A stretch of 64,000 nucleotides of DNA from Rebecca billardiae RCC1528 (taxonomy: Eukaryota > Protista > Haptophyta), in assembly GCA_965240325.2 (NCBI GenBank), contig OZ251230.1, positions 1,302,001 to 1,366,000 of the forward strand, given 5' to 3'. Position numbers and translations under genes: made by a program. This document shows positions 32,260-44,285 of the stretch, piece after piece; the stretch's first letter is position 1; each line of letters begins with the position of its first letter. Below the pieces are notes generated by a model. That model was not told where the DNA came from. It saw only the letters and a program-made list of their open reading frames with translations, and searched no databases.

Positions 32260-35200
32260 AGCTCGGCCGCGTGCGCGCCCGCCGCAGACGCCGCCGCCTG
32301 CGCCGCGCTCGACGAGCTGTCGTTCCACGAGTGCCGGCGGCCGCCGCCGGGCGAGACTAGGGCGCCGTCGCCGTCCGCGCCTCCCTCGTCCGCGGCGGCC
32401 GACGCCTCCGCGCCCTCCTCCAGCCTCGGCGGCTCGGCGGAGGGCATGCTGTTGCGCCGGCTGCCGACGGAGCCGCGGCTGGCCGTCGAGCTCGCGCGCG
32501 CCACCGGCGGGGCGCCCGCGCCGCCGTCGCGGTACAGCTCGCCCCGCGCGAGCCGCGCTGCGGTGAGCGCCGCCGCCTGCGCCTCGATCGCTCCCGGCGC
32601 CGACGTGCGGTGCGACGGGCTGACCCGGTCCGAGTTGGTGCGCGCGAGGTCGGGCGGCGCGACGATCTCGAGCTGCGTGCTCGCGTGCACGAGCCCGCCG
32701 TGCGCGAGGCGCTGCGACGGCGGCGGCGGCGAGGGCGTCAGAGAGTCCAGCGTGCGCGGCCGCTTCTTGACGGTGCGCAGCGCGCGCGTGTGCAGCGACC
32801 ACTCGAGGCACCACTCGCGGATGTGCTTCCGCAGGTTCTCCTCGTCCGGCAGCACGGCCTGCAGCAGCGCGTCGCGGATCTCGGGCAGCCTGAAGAACGC
32901 GACGGACAGCGTGCGCGCGCAGAACGCCGTCAGCTCGGGCGTCGCCGCCTTCGAGTTGAGCTGCTCCAGCGCGAACGCGAGCGTCTCAAACAGCACGTGC
33001 CGGTATCGCGACTTGTCTCGCGCCGGCAGCAGCAGCGAGGAGTTGGCGTCGATCTCGCCGCGCGCCATGCACGCGTACAGGCACTCGAAGCACGCGGCGT
33101 TCGAGTCGTCGAACGGCGAGCTGGACACGAGACCGAGCAGCGCCGCCCATGCCTGCGGGGCGGGCGGCCGGCGCGGGCGGAGCGCGCGGACCGTGCGACG
33201 CTCGTGAGCGCGCGCGCGCGCGCAGCGGCGCGCGCGTCCACTCGCAGCCGCCAGCCGCGCCCCGCGGCTCCGCGCGCTCCGCGCCCTCAGCGTGCCCCGC
33301 GCACGCCCCAAACCACCACGCACCGCACACGCACGGCGCACGGTCCGCGCGCGCGCCGCGCCCGGTGCGCGCCGCGCGGCGCCGTGCGTGCGCGCACCTT
33401 GACAAAGACCTTCTGCGCGTAGTGCAGTGCGGCCTCGCTTCCGTAGAAGAAGGCGCAGCGCGAGTCCTTGTGCGAGGCGCGCATCAGCGCGGTGAGCCGC
33501 GCGACGGCGTGCCCCATCCGCCGCTTCGTCAGCAGGACCGAGCCGACCGCCGGGCTGTCGACGGAGCTTTCCGCGAAGCGTCGCACGATCTTGTCTGAGC
33601 GCGAGCCGGGCAGCGTCTGCGCGAGCCTCGGCCCGGACTCGGAGGAGGCCTCGAGCAGCGGCGCGGAGAGGTCGGGGAGGCTGCCCGACGCCGTCACGCC
33701 GCGAATCAGCGACGTGTCCGAGTTGTGCCGTGCGCGCCGCAGGTTGCCCTTGGGTGACTCCGCCACGTCGCGCATCGAGCCGAGCGAGTCGCACGCGCAG
33801 TCGCTCGTGCTGCGCGGCGTGCCTGGCACGGAGTCGGCGTGCAGCATGCCGGTGCGCATGGACTGCGAGAGGTTGACCACCTGCGCCACGAGCGTGGTGA
33901 TCTGGCTCAGCTCGTTCGGCACGACCACGCCCTTGGGCGGCGCGCCCAGCAGCCGGAACGCGCGCGAGCCGGCAGAGCGGCTCGTGACCTCGCCCACCTC
34001 CTCAAAGGAGGTCGCGTCTCGCTCGAGCCCCGGCGGGTACGGGTTGGCGCCCGAGGCGTAGCCGATGGACTCGAGCTCGTCGTCGTCGTCCGAGCACGCC
34101 GCGTCGGTGCCGGCGCTGGGCGAGCGCTCGCGCACGCGCTCGAGCGCGCGCGACGCCGGCTCGGGCGACTTGATGAGCGGCACAATCGGCGAGGACATGG
34201 TGAAGCCGTACTCTGTGAAGTAGCCGAAGGGGCGCTGGAGCACCTGCGGGCCGTCGCGGATGCGGACGGTGCCGGAGGCCGTGCCGACGCGCTGCCCGTC
34301 GCGCCAGAGGACCTCCTCGAACGTCTCGTTCGACGTGGTCGCGCAGTTGGATCGGCCGAGCCTCGGCGTGTAGATCTTGGAGAGTGGCACCCAGCAGTCG
34401 CCCACGGGCTCGACCAGGTTGGTCGCGGGCTGCGACTGGCGGTGCGACTGCGGCCGCGCGCTCGGCGCGTGCGCGGCGGACGCGCCCGACGCGCCCGAAC
34501 CGCCCGACGCGTCGGCGCCACCGTCGACCGCCTTCGCCGCCGCTGCCGTCGCCGCGACCACCGGCTTGCTCAGCCGCAGGACTTCGAGGTGGAGCGATTC
34601 GGACGCGAACGAGCGTGCGAGCACGTGCACCTCGATGAAGGCGTACGAGGCGTTGGGCGCGGAGGTGGTGAAGGAGGGCTTGCGGCTGGCGGCGCTCGGG
34701 TTGGCGAGCAGCGCGCCGGTGGACGAGAGCGAGAACAAGCCGCCGCCGCCCGGCCCGCCGACGCCCTCCTCCCCCGCGGCGCGCGCCTCGAGCTCGTGTG
34801 GCGCCGCCGGGAAGGGGATCAGGCTGCCCATGCCGTCGGCGCCGCCCGACTCTGAGGTCTCGAGCACGTCCGCGACGAAGACGAGGCGGCGGCTGGTGGG
34901 CGGCATGCCGTCGGCGGCGTCGCGCGCGCTCGGCTTGGCGAGCGGCGCGGCGGCCGCCGCCGCGATCGCGGGCCCCGCGCTCTGCGCGCCCGGCGCGCCC
35001 GGCTTCTTGAACTTGAGGCCACCCGCGCTCAGCCGCTTGACCGTCAGGTCTGTGCGCCGAGGTGGCTGGCGGGGCGCGGCGGCCGCAGCGTTGGCGGCGG
35101 AGGCGTCGGGCACCATCGACAGGCCGATCACCGGGAGCGGCACCTCGGGCATCTTGGGCACCGCCTCCGCCTCGAGCGCCGAGATCGGGCGGACGACGTG

Positions 35201-36934
35201 CATCCTGCGCAGCACGTGCCCGTGCGAATCGTGCGCGCCGTGCGCGCCGTACGCGGCCGCCGCTGCGCTGCTCGCCGCGGATCCGACGGATGCGACCGAG
35301 CTCGCCGAGTCGGACGAGTCGCGCTTGGGCCGCGGCACGGGCGCCGCGCTGGGCACGCGAGCCTCGGCCGCGCGGCAGCGCGCTCGGCCTGCTGGGCTCA
35401 GCGCGGCAGCGCCGGATGCGTCCGCGCTGCCGCCGCTCCCGCCGCTGCCGCCACTCTCGCGGCCGGCGTCGGCATCGACCGGGCCGTTGCGGCCGCTCGA
35501 GCGCGCGGACGAGCCGTCGCCGCCCGCCGCGGACGAGGCCTGGTCCGACGCGACCGAGCCCGACGAGGCCGGGCTCGGGATCGGCGTGCCGCCCGCGCCA
35601 CGCTCGCCGCTCGCGCCCGCCTTGCCGCCGGCAGCCGCGTGCGCGCTCGCGCCCACGGCCGGGTCGAGCACGGAGAGGATGCGGCGCATCGACGCGCCGC
35701 GCCGCGCGTCGATCGCCGCGAGCCGATGCGCGGGCGAGTCCGGCGCGCCGTACGCCGTCGCCGCGCCGATCTCCCGCTTCGAGAGCGTGGGGACGAGCGC
35801 CAGCCTGTGCTTGACACGCTCGACGCCAAAACCAAGCGCCTGGCGCGCGAGCGTCACGACCGCGCCCGTCAGCGCGATGCGCAGGCGGCAGACCTGCTGC
35901 ATCTCGACCTCGAAGGAGAGCCGGCCGACCTGCGAGCCGTACGCGTCGATGATCGGCATGTTGTAGTTCGGCGGGCCCGTCGCCAGCTGCATGAGCGATA
36001 GCTGCACGCGGCCGAGCTCGCGCGGGCTGAAGACACCCAGCAGCCCGTCCGCGCGCACAGAGAAGACGAGGTAGCGGCCGGACATCTCCTTCTGGCGCAC
36101 GGCGCAGCCGAAGTGGCGCACCGTGCGCCAGCGCACCGTCGGCGCGACACCCGCGCCGTTGTGCGCCGCCGCCGCCGCGTGCGCGATGCCCGACGCGCTC
36201 GCGACCGTGATCGGCGCGGACGCGGTGTTGAAGCAGAGAGACGCGTCGCGAGGGTCGACGAGGGGCGGGGTGGCGGCGGCGGCGGCGGCGGCGCTGGCGG
36301 CGGCGGCGGAGCCGGAGGAGCTGGAGCCGCCGCTGTGCGCGCGCTCGCCCACGCCGCTGCCGCCGGAGCCGCGCTCGGAGGCGCTGCCGGACGGGCGCTC
36401 GGCGCGGCCGCCGGTCTCTCGCTCCGCGGCGGCGCCGAGCGCGCGCGCGCCCCAGAGGCAGTGCACGTGCACGCGCTTGGAGTCGCGGCCGAGCAGGCGG
36501 GCCTTGTGCACGCGCAGCGTCACGTCGAAGCGCAGCGCGTCGGACGCCGCCTCGATCACCTCCTCGCCCGGCACCGGCATGATCGCGACCGAGCCGGTCA
36601 GCGGCTCGATGGCGTAATCATCAATGTGGCAGCCGTAGCACGTGCGCGCGTGGCCGATGCCCTCGACGTGCGAGCGGAAGCGCGAGTGGCGCTCGCAGAA
36701 GAGTAGCCCGCACTTGCGGCAGTGGTGCCGCTGGCCCACCTCCATCACCGCACGGCAGCCGGGCTGGCGGCACCGTGCGTCGTCGCAGTCTGGCTCCCAC
36801 GGCCCGCCGTTCGACGAGCGCGGGAGGAGCAGGGGCTCGCGGTAGAGCCACGCGTCGTGCTGGGGCGTGGCCGTCAGGGACAACGGCGCGTCCGCCCCGG
36901 CGCCTGCCGCCCCCGCGGGCTTGGCCGCGGCCAT
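30911..36934 (-). CDS. Large FYVE + C2-like + DUF1765-like protein; exons 36934-33398, 33152-31824, 31678-30911
   Basis: WEPD...RHHCRKCG..FC...RTCYGC FYVE; ELGRVQLSL C2-like; AFFRLP, SDHF....FIFLHN, HWS.VVR C-terminal motifs; two GT-AG introns keep frame; poly-Q at 32229-32258. Confidence 0.82.
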
Positions 36935-37433
36935 GTGCTCGGGCCCGGCGCCGACGCGCGCGTGGCCAGGGCCCTTCTTTCCACGGCCAGGCTTTCGGTG
37001 CTCGCGGCTTCGTCTCTCTGCCGCTGTTTTCGCCCCCAACCGTATGTTCTCGGGGGAAGCTTTGCCGGCGAACGCCGAGGGCGTGAGGTCGGCGCATATG
37101 ATTGGCCCCGCCAAGTCGGTCATACAGGGCATTTCGCTATTAGCTGACCCACATTGCGTAGGTGAGTGATCGGGAGCGCTTGGATGGTGAGTACTCTCAC
37201 ATCCCCAAGCTCGCTCGGGTCGGCCATCCCCCGATCGGCCATCGTACAAACCCCAATCCGGCGCGGCCGCCTGCCAGTCCGGGCAGCCTGCCCCTTGCGC
37301 AGCACTGCGCAGCGGCTCACGTCCAGACGACTGCTGCCGCGCGCGCACATCACGCCCGCGCGCGCTGAGCGCGCCACTTCTTGCCGCTTCTCTCGGCCGC
37401 GAACGACCGTCGTCGCCGACCAGCACAGATCGG

Positions 37434-38906
37434 ATGCGCACGAGTCGGCGCCACGCGCTGTTCGCGGTGGCGGGCGTCGCGCTCCTCGCGCTCGTGGAGC
37501 GGGCGCGGGGCGCGGCGCCGCTGCGCGGCTGCCAGCGCTCGGCCTTTGCACGCGTCGCGGCTGGCGCTGCGATCGCGCGCGCCGGGCCTCTCCGCGCGGC
37601 GCCGGCGATGATGAGCTCCCAGGCGCCGGCGCGCACGGGCAACGTACTCGTGCTCGACATGACGGACAACTATTACAACTCCCGCGACATCTTCCAGCAG
37701 CTCTTCTCCTTCGGCAACTGGGCGAAGATCGCGTGCGTGACGACGTCGACCAAGCAAGCGAAGAAGATGCTCCTCTCCCGCGAGGCGCGCTACTCCGGGC
37801 TGATCGACGTGCTCGAGATCATCGAGACGCCGGACGTGGCGGGGGCGGCGGGTGAGACGAGCACCCAGCTCGCGCAGTACGACACGTGGCTCGTGCTCAA
37901 CGCCGACGAGGCCAAGCTGGGCGGGCAGATCAGCGCCGCCAAGGCTGCGGGCGTGCAGCGGCTGCTGCTGACGGTCTGCGCCAGCGGCGGTGCGCTGTCG
38001 GACGCGACCGCGCTCGAGCGGCAGCTGACGGAGAGCGGGATCGCGTACACCGTGATCCGCACGGGCGAGCTCTCCAAGGACATCCTCGGCTCCCCGCTCC
38101 GCATCGACTCGATCGACACGCCCACGTGCGCTGAGCTCTCGCGCGCCGACGCGTTCCGAGTCGCCATGGAGGCGCTCACCATCTCCGAGGCGCACGGCAA
38201 GATGTTCTCGCTGTGCCCGGCGGATTCGGACGACGTGTCCGCGGTGTTCAAGGAGATGCGCTTCGCCGGCGCTGACCGCCGGCAGGAGGTCGTCGCGCTC
38301 ATCAAGGGCGCCGTCGAGGAGCGCTCGGCGCAGCTGAAGGAGGCCTCGGCCTCTGCCGCCGCGGCCAAGGCGGCCGCCGACGCCGGCACGCCCGACCCAG
38401 ACTACAACCCGGCGGAGGCCGCGGCGAAGACGAAGGAGGACGTCGACGCGGCGTTCAAGCGCGCGCAGGAGCGCGCCGTGCGCGTCGCCGAGGAGCAGGC
38501 CCAGCGCGAGCTGCTCCTCGACGAGAAGCGCAAGGAGCGCGCCAAGACGCAGGACGCCATCGATGCTAAGATCGCCGAGCGCGCCGCCGAGAGCGCGGGC
38601 GGCGGTGGCGGTGCGATGGCCGACGAGGAACCGAAGCAGGACAAGCCCGAGGCTGAGGCCGGGAAGGACTCGCCCGACGGTGACGAGCCGAGGGGCGATG
38701 GCGGCTCCGACGACGGTGACGGTGGCGACGGCGAGGGCGGCGATGGCGGCGATGGCGCCGACGGCGGCGGCAGCGGCAGCGGCGACGGCTCGGGCGGCGG
38801 TGATGGTGGGAGCAGCGATGGTGGCAGCGGTGGCGGCGGTGGCGGCGGAGGTGGCAGTAAGAAGGGCGGAGGTGGAGGTGGCGGCTCGCCAGTCGCCACC
38901 GTCTAG
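37434..38906 (+). CDS. NAD(P)-binding Rossmann-fold protein (atypical SDR/NmrA-like), probably plastid-targeted; Gly/Asp-rich tail
   Basis: AAKAAGVQRLLL, ESGIAYTVIRTGEL, LSRADAFRVAMEAL; signal-peptide-like N-terminus followed by an Ala/Arg-rich transit-like stretch. Confidence 0.75.
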   Translation: MRTSRRHALFAVAGVALLALVERARGAAPLRGCQRSAFARVAAGAAIARAGPLRAAPAMMSSQAPARTGNVLVLDMTDNYYNSRDIFQQLFSFGNWAKIACVTTSTKQAKKMLLSREARYSGLIDVLEIIETPDVAGAAGETSTQLAQYDTWLVLNADEAKLGGQISAAKAAGVQRLLLTVCASGGALSDATALERQLTESGIAYTVIRTGELSKDILGSPLRIDSIDTPTCAELSRADAFRVAMEALTISEAHGKMFSLCPADSDDVSAVFKEMRFAGADRRQEVVALIKGAVEERSAQLKEASASAAAAKAAADAGTPDPDYNPAEAAAKTKEDVDAAFKRAQERAVRVAEEQAQRELLLDEKRKERAKTQDAIDAKIAERAAESAGGGGGAMADEEPKQDKPEAEAGKDSPDGDEPRGDGGSDDGDGGDGEGGDGGDGADGGGSGSGDGSGGGDGGSSDGGSGGGGGGGGGSKKGGGGGGGSPVATV

Positions 38907-39437
38907 TCGCTACGCATCCGTCGGCATGCCTGCTGCACTGCGACGCTCGATCGCCCCACGCAAAGCACTCAGACTGCCTGATGCGGCCTGGTCACGGAGA
39001 CACGTCCCCGGAGCCGCCGGAGCGGCAGCGTCGTCGCGAGGTGGCCTCCCGTACGCCACGCGCGGCTGCAACGCTGGAAACCCTTGGGAGGCTACGGTGC
39101 GCCTCGGCCTCTGCGACTGCTGGCGGAGATTGCTGGCAGTGATCCGGATCATTCTGTCCGTCCCTGGCAGTAACGCCGCCCCAGCAGTTGCGGTTGAGAG
39201 GGTGAGCACCGATCCGCCGGTAGCCTCGGGTATTTCCCGAATTCGTCTCGCACTGAACGAACTCATCACAAAGACTAGTGCGGGCGGAACTCCCGGGCAC
39301 GCCGCACGCACGCCTCTGCCGAGGGCTGCGCCCACCGCGCTGTGCATGGCTGCCGGTCGTCGCGCTCACCCGCCCACGGAGGTACAGTGCGGTCAGCCGA
39401 CGGTGACTCGTGCGAGAGTGAGCCTGTGGGTGACACG

Positions 39438-40341
39438 ATGAGCCTGTCTCCCGTCGGATTGGGTGAGGAGCCTTCGCCTCCCGTCGGAATTGGCGAGGAG
39501 CCGTCGGTGCTTCAGGACGACGACCTCTTGCTGGTCATCCTGCGCGCACTCACGCCAATGGCGCTCGGGCACGCTGCGCAGGTATGCCGACGTTGGCACG
39601 CGCTCGCTCGTGCAGACAGCCTGTGGGTGACACACTGTGCGGAGCGATGGCGTGGGAAGCAAGTCCCGTGGGCAGCCGTGGCACAGGAGCCGACATGGTG
39701 CGCCAGGTACGTGCGCGCTGAGCGCGAGGCGGAGACATTGGAGCTGAGCACAGCGGAGCTGCAGCGGCGGGTCTGGCTCTTCTCCGACAACCTGCAGCAC
39801 TGCAGGTTCCGCGTGCACAAGAACGGGGCGCAGCGGCTGTACATGGACTACTTCCCGCCCCTGCGCTGGCTGTGGAACGGCGACGGCACCCTCCAAGTCG
39901 AGCAGTTCCCGCCACACGCTGTCGACAGGCTGCCCGATTGGCGATGGCGGATTTCGAACGAGTACATCTATATGGTACGCGCTGGGATCGGTTACCGGAC
40001 GGAACGTGGCGCACGCGCAGGATGGCGCGCTCATCTTGCAGGCAGCCAGTGCCTCGCTGCTGCTCGCGCCGGCTGCCACCGGCGCGCACAGGCGGCACCC
40101 CCACGCGCCCGACGCTGAGTCACTCATTAAGCGTTGACCTGCCGCCCCACACCCCGCGGCCTTGCCCACGCGCGATCTGCAGCTCACAATGCCGGAGGAC
40201 ACGGCACATTGCGCAGCCCTCGTTGCAATGATCGACCAGTACTACGATAGTCTTCCCCCGCAGCCGGTTGCGGCAGCCCCCGCGTCGGAGGCTGCGCCCG
40301 CAGCGATGGAGCAGACTGCTGCTGTGCTGTCACAACTTTGA
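39438..40341 (+). CDS. F-box protein; probable exons 39438-39974 and 40183-40341
   Basis: DDLLLVILRAL...AAQVCRRWHALARADSLW; candidate intron 39975-40182 (GTACGC...CTGCAG); 3' end uncertain. Confidence 0.78.
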
Positions 40342-40644
40342 TATACCATCGTCGGACGTCTCAGGTTCACGTCCGCGCGCATGTGATCCACTGGCCCTGG
40401 CCAGATTCTATAGAAGCAGATTGCCAGATTGCAAGTGGCACGGGCATGCCCGGTTCAGTGCCGACAGACGGGCGTACTCAATGAGAGCAGGTTGAGCAGC
40501 CAGCGGCAGCTGCAGGTGCGACACAAGGGCGTTCCCGGGATCCTGCCACACGCTTCCGAACGGCATGCCCCCCCCTGGGGGGGGCATGGCTACCGGACTG
40601 GCGCTGCGCCAGTGGCGGCCGCCAACCCGGACTGCAGCGCACCA

Positions 40645-41545
40645 GCGCTTGGCGCGCGCGCGGCGCGGCGCGCTGCGGCCGTCGAGTTGCCGTGCGAAGG
40701 CGGCGCGTTGCTTGCGTGGCATCGGAACACGACCATGCTCCGCACTGCGCCCCGCAGCTCGCTCCTCGTCGACTTTGCCGCGCCTACGATCAGCGCGCAT
40801 GCGAGCGTCGCGTCGGAATGAGCAGCCCGCGCCGGCCTCAGCCGTGAGCGCCCGCCTGGCGCGCGATGCGATCAACTCGGGGCACGAGCTGCGGCTGAGC
40901 GAGGAAGCATGTGCCTGCGCGCAAGCCGCGCCGCCTTGAGACACCGATCGTGAGCAGGGCATGCACCTTGCACGCAACGTTTCTTCTTGCCCTTGCGAAT
41001 GTCGCGGTGCCCTTGAAAGGACTCCTCATCAGCGCAACTACTCAAGCATGGCATGACGGCAGCCACGCGCGCAGGCGATGCATGGATGTACACGAGTCAC
41101 TGCGCGCACACGCAACCCGAAGACTCCTATTCATCGCTTCAGGGCGCTCACGGTCTGTTGTTTCATCTCCACTGCATGCAAGGCTCGTGCAGGCTGATCG
41201 GCATTCGTTGACAGCCGTCTGAAGCTGCATCAACGCGCACGATCGATGTCTCAAGGCGGCGCGGCTTGCGCGCAGGCACATGCTTCCTCGCTCAGCCGCA
41301 GCTCGTGCCCCGAGTTGATCGCATCGCGCGCCAGGCGGGCGCTCACGGCTGAGGCCGGCGCGGGCTGCTCATTCCGACGCGACGCTCGCATGCGCGCTGA
41401 TCGTAGGCGCGGCAAAGTCGACGAGGAGCGAGCTGCGGGGCGCAGTGCGGAGCATGGTCGTGTTCCGATGCCACGCAAGCAACGCGCCGCCTTCGCACGG
41501 CAACTCGACGGCCGCAGCGCGCCGCGCCGCGCCCGCGCCAAGCGC
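40645..41545. repeat. Long inverted repeat: 308-bp arms (40645-40952 and 41238-41545), 285-bp spacer
   Basis: Arms are reverse complements with about two mismatches seen; mirrored ORFs; CCA on both flanks. Confidence 0.92.
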
Positions 41546-41807
41546 CCATCGACGCCAGCGCGCCTTCGCGCCAAGCGCGTTTTCATTTTCCGCGCTTTGT
41601 TTTCGCGCGTGAGTTTTTATTGGCGCATGACCCGCGCGGGGAACGCGCGCCCCTGTCGCGCCGTCGACGACGAAACAGACCGGCCGTTCATCTTCGTCGG
41701 CAAAACGACGACGTCTACAGTGCTTACCAACGGCCACAAGTCAGCGCGAGAAGGGCCGCGACCGCACGCTCACACCGCGCAGCACTGGGCCCCAAGCAGA
41801 CGGCGCC

Positions 41808-43042
41808 ATGTGGGAGATGCTGAGCAGCATGACGACGAAGCGCTCGTACATGCCGATCAACGCCGAGTACCCGGGACTCACGCGCCGTGAGCACGGGAAG
41901 GGCGACCAGACGCCGGTGTACACGATCGACAACTTCCTGACGCCGCGTGAGTGCTGGGACATACGCAACGCAGCCGAGGGCCGGCTCGAGCGCTCGAAAA
42001 CGTACTCTGCGGCGCATGTCGGCTACGTGCAGTCCTCCGATCGCACATCGTACACGGTGCCATGCCGCGCGCCGCACCGTCCATCTGGGCCGTCGTCCAC
42101 GCGCGCGGCCGCGCCTCCCGTGTTCGCGTCATCAGCGCCACTGCATGCCCGCCCTGCCCGCGTGCGTGCAGTGCCACCTGGACAAGAAGGCGCCCGCGTG
42201 CCCACCGCTACTGCACAAGGTTTGCGGCGCCGTTATGCCGCGCGTCTGCAGCGCTCGGCGAGCGCCGCGCGCACGCACATTCGGCGCTGAGCGGCTGCCT
42301 CCCATGACGCTGTGCACGCGTGCCCACCCGCCAGATCATGGAGCTGACGAACAAGCCGTTCGACCACATCGAGCCGCCGCAGGTCGCGCGGTACACGTGG
42401 CGCCAGAAGTACCTCGAGCACTACGACGCGATGGACCCGCACAACGAGTCGGGCACCGCCTTCTGCAAGAACGGCGGGCAGCGCGTGTGCACGGTGCTCG
42501 TGTACCTGAACGACGTGGACGTGGGCGGCTGCACCTACTTCCGCAAGCTCAACCTGCGCATCAAGCCCAAGGCGGGCACCGCGCTGGTCTTCTTCCCCGC
42601 GTTCTTGGACGCTCATCTCGACAGAAACGCGATGCACTGCGCCGAGCCCGCCGTCGACACCAAGTTCGTGGCGCAAGTGTGGATCCGACAATTTGCGCGG
42701 ACGGACGGGCAGCCGAGCGGGGAGCCGAGCCGCAAGGCGCCCGAGCGCAAGCCGCGTGGTCTGAGTTGTATCACGCAAGTGGACCTGATGCTGCGCAGTC
42801 AGTGGTTGGATGGGTCTCGCGCGGAGTGCACAAGGGGTACGAGAGTCAATGGACGAGACGCAAGTGAAATATCGAGCATCAGGACTGCGCGCAGCCGCAC
42901 CGGCTCGGCACGGCCGCGAGCCCCGAGCCGGGCCCGGTCGGAGCGCGGGCCCCGAGGCCGCCCTCCCGCGGACTCACCGTCCGCATTCGTCTTCGGAATG
43001 ACGGAAAGCAGCAGGCTCTGCAGGCGGCGTCAAAACCATTGA
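41808..43042 (+). CDS. Prolyl 4-hydroxylase-like 2OG-Fe(II) dioxygenase; exons 41808-42056, 42172-42219, 42335-43042
   Basis: IDNFLTPREC, RTS, QVARY...HYD, GGQRVCTVLVYLNDV..GGCT.F, MHCAEP....K....WIR; start and C-terminal tail uncertain. Confidence 0.88.
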
Positions 43043-43585
43043 GCGGAGATCCTGCTGCTGACATTCAGTGCCACACGATAACAAGCAATGCGAGTCCGCG
43101 GCGCCAGGCCGCTATTTGACTGTCAGCAGTATATATATATATACCTGTATACTGTCGTATGATTAGCAGCCTGTACAAATTAAACAGCATGGCACGCATA
43201 CGATAGCGGCGGGGTGCCCAATCAATGACCATCTGATTACAGCAGTAGTAGAACTACTATGTATTGATGTATGGAGCGCGCGATCGGCGCGGAGGAGTAC
43301 CGGCGCAAACCGTCACCGGTCGACACTTGCACTTCGGCCATGGGATCAGCAGCCAGCGCAGCGTTCACGGAGCCCTGCGAGGGCCCCGGGGACCCAACTC
43401 CGGCTGCTAAGTGACCACGCGGTCGTGGCCGGTGGCTGGGCACACATGCCCCCACGCGGCCCGAGTCTCGCGCGCAGCTCTGACAGCGGCTCAGACCAGC
43501 GCTCAGTTATTAGCGCCCGTCATTGAACTCTAAGCTGGTCGGCACCAAAACCATCACCGCTTGGCACCAGATGAAATTACTAGCA

Positions 43586-43723
43586 GCGTGTGTGGAGGAG
43601 GCGCGGTGCGTGTCCGCGGCTGGCGAGCCGCGAGAGGCGTCCGGACCGAGAGGTGCGTGTGTGGAGGAGGCGCGGTGCGTGTCCGCGGCTGGCGAGCCGC
43701 GAGAGGCGTCCGGACCGAGAGGT
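43586..43723. repeat. Perfect tandem duplication, 2 x 69 bp
   Basis: GCGTGTGTGGAGGAGGCGCGG...GGACCGAGAGGT at 43586 and 43655. Confidence 0.92.
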
Positions 43724-44285
43724 TCTCGGCCACGCCCTCGCGCTTCCCGCCCCCGCGGGCCCTGTGTTAGAGTGCACGCAGGTTGTCGCCCTCGCCGCCA
43801 AGTAGTCGCCGCGTGGGCGCCAAACCGGGCTCAATCCACCGAGCGCTCCATACAATGCATTTACGTATGCCTCATATCCCCAGATGACTGCCTCTCTCAC
43901 TGAGTCCTCTCTCTGTCGACACTGACCCGCGTAATTCCGGCAAAAGCCTGCATAGTAGCTAAACACCGACTATCACTTAGCGATCAGGACTCAGACTCTA
44001 AGGCTAAGCAGGATAAGCAGCCAGCTACTAGGGCCCAGCGGCCGTGGGCGTGGCTTGGAAGCTGGCTCTCCCACTGTCGACCAAGGGTGCTGCCGTAGCC
44101 GACCGGTCCCAAAATGATTCGATCGTCATTGCTACCGCCGTAAAGCTATGAAAAAAGTCAGCAGCAGCATCGGAACCTTCGGCTGGGCCCGCCCAGGCCG
44201 GCGGCGCCGCCGGCGCCGCCAAAATCACGACGACCAGAAATAACCGGGCGAGATCGTCCCGGAAAATCGGGGAAAGACGAGCAAG

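Noticed and set aside
43586-43723. Repeats as a CRISPR array
   Set aside because: Two abutting copies with no spacers, no cas genes, eukaryotic context.
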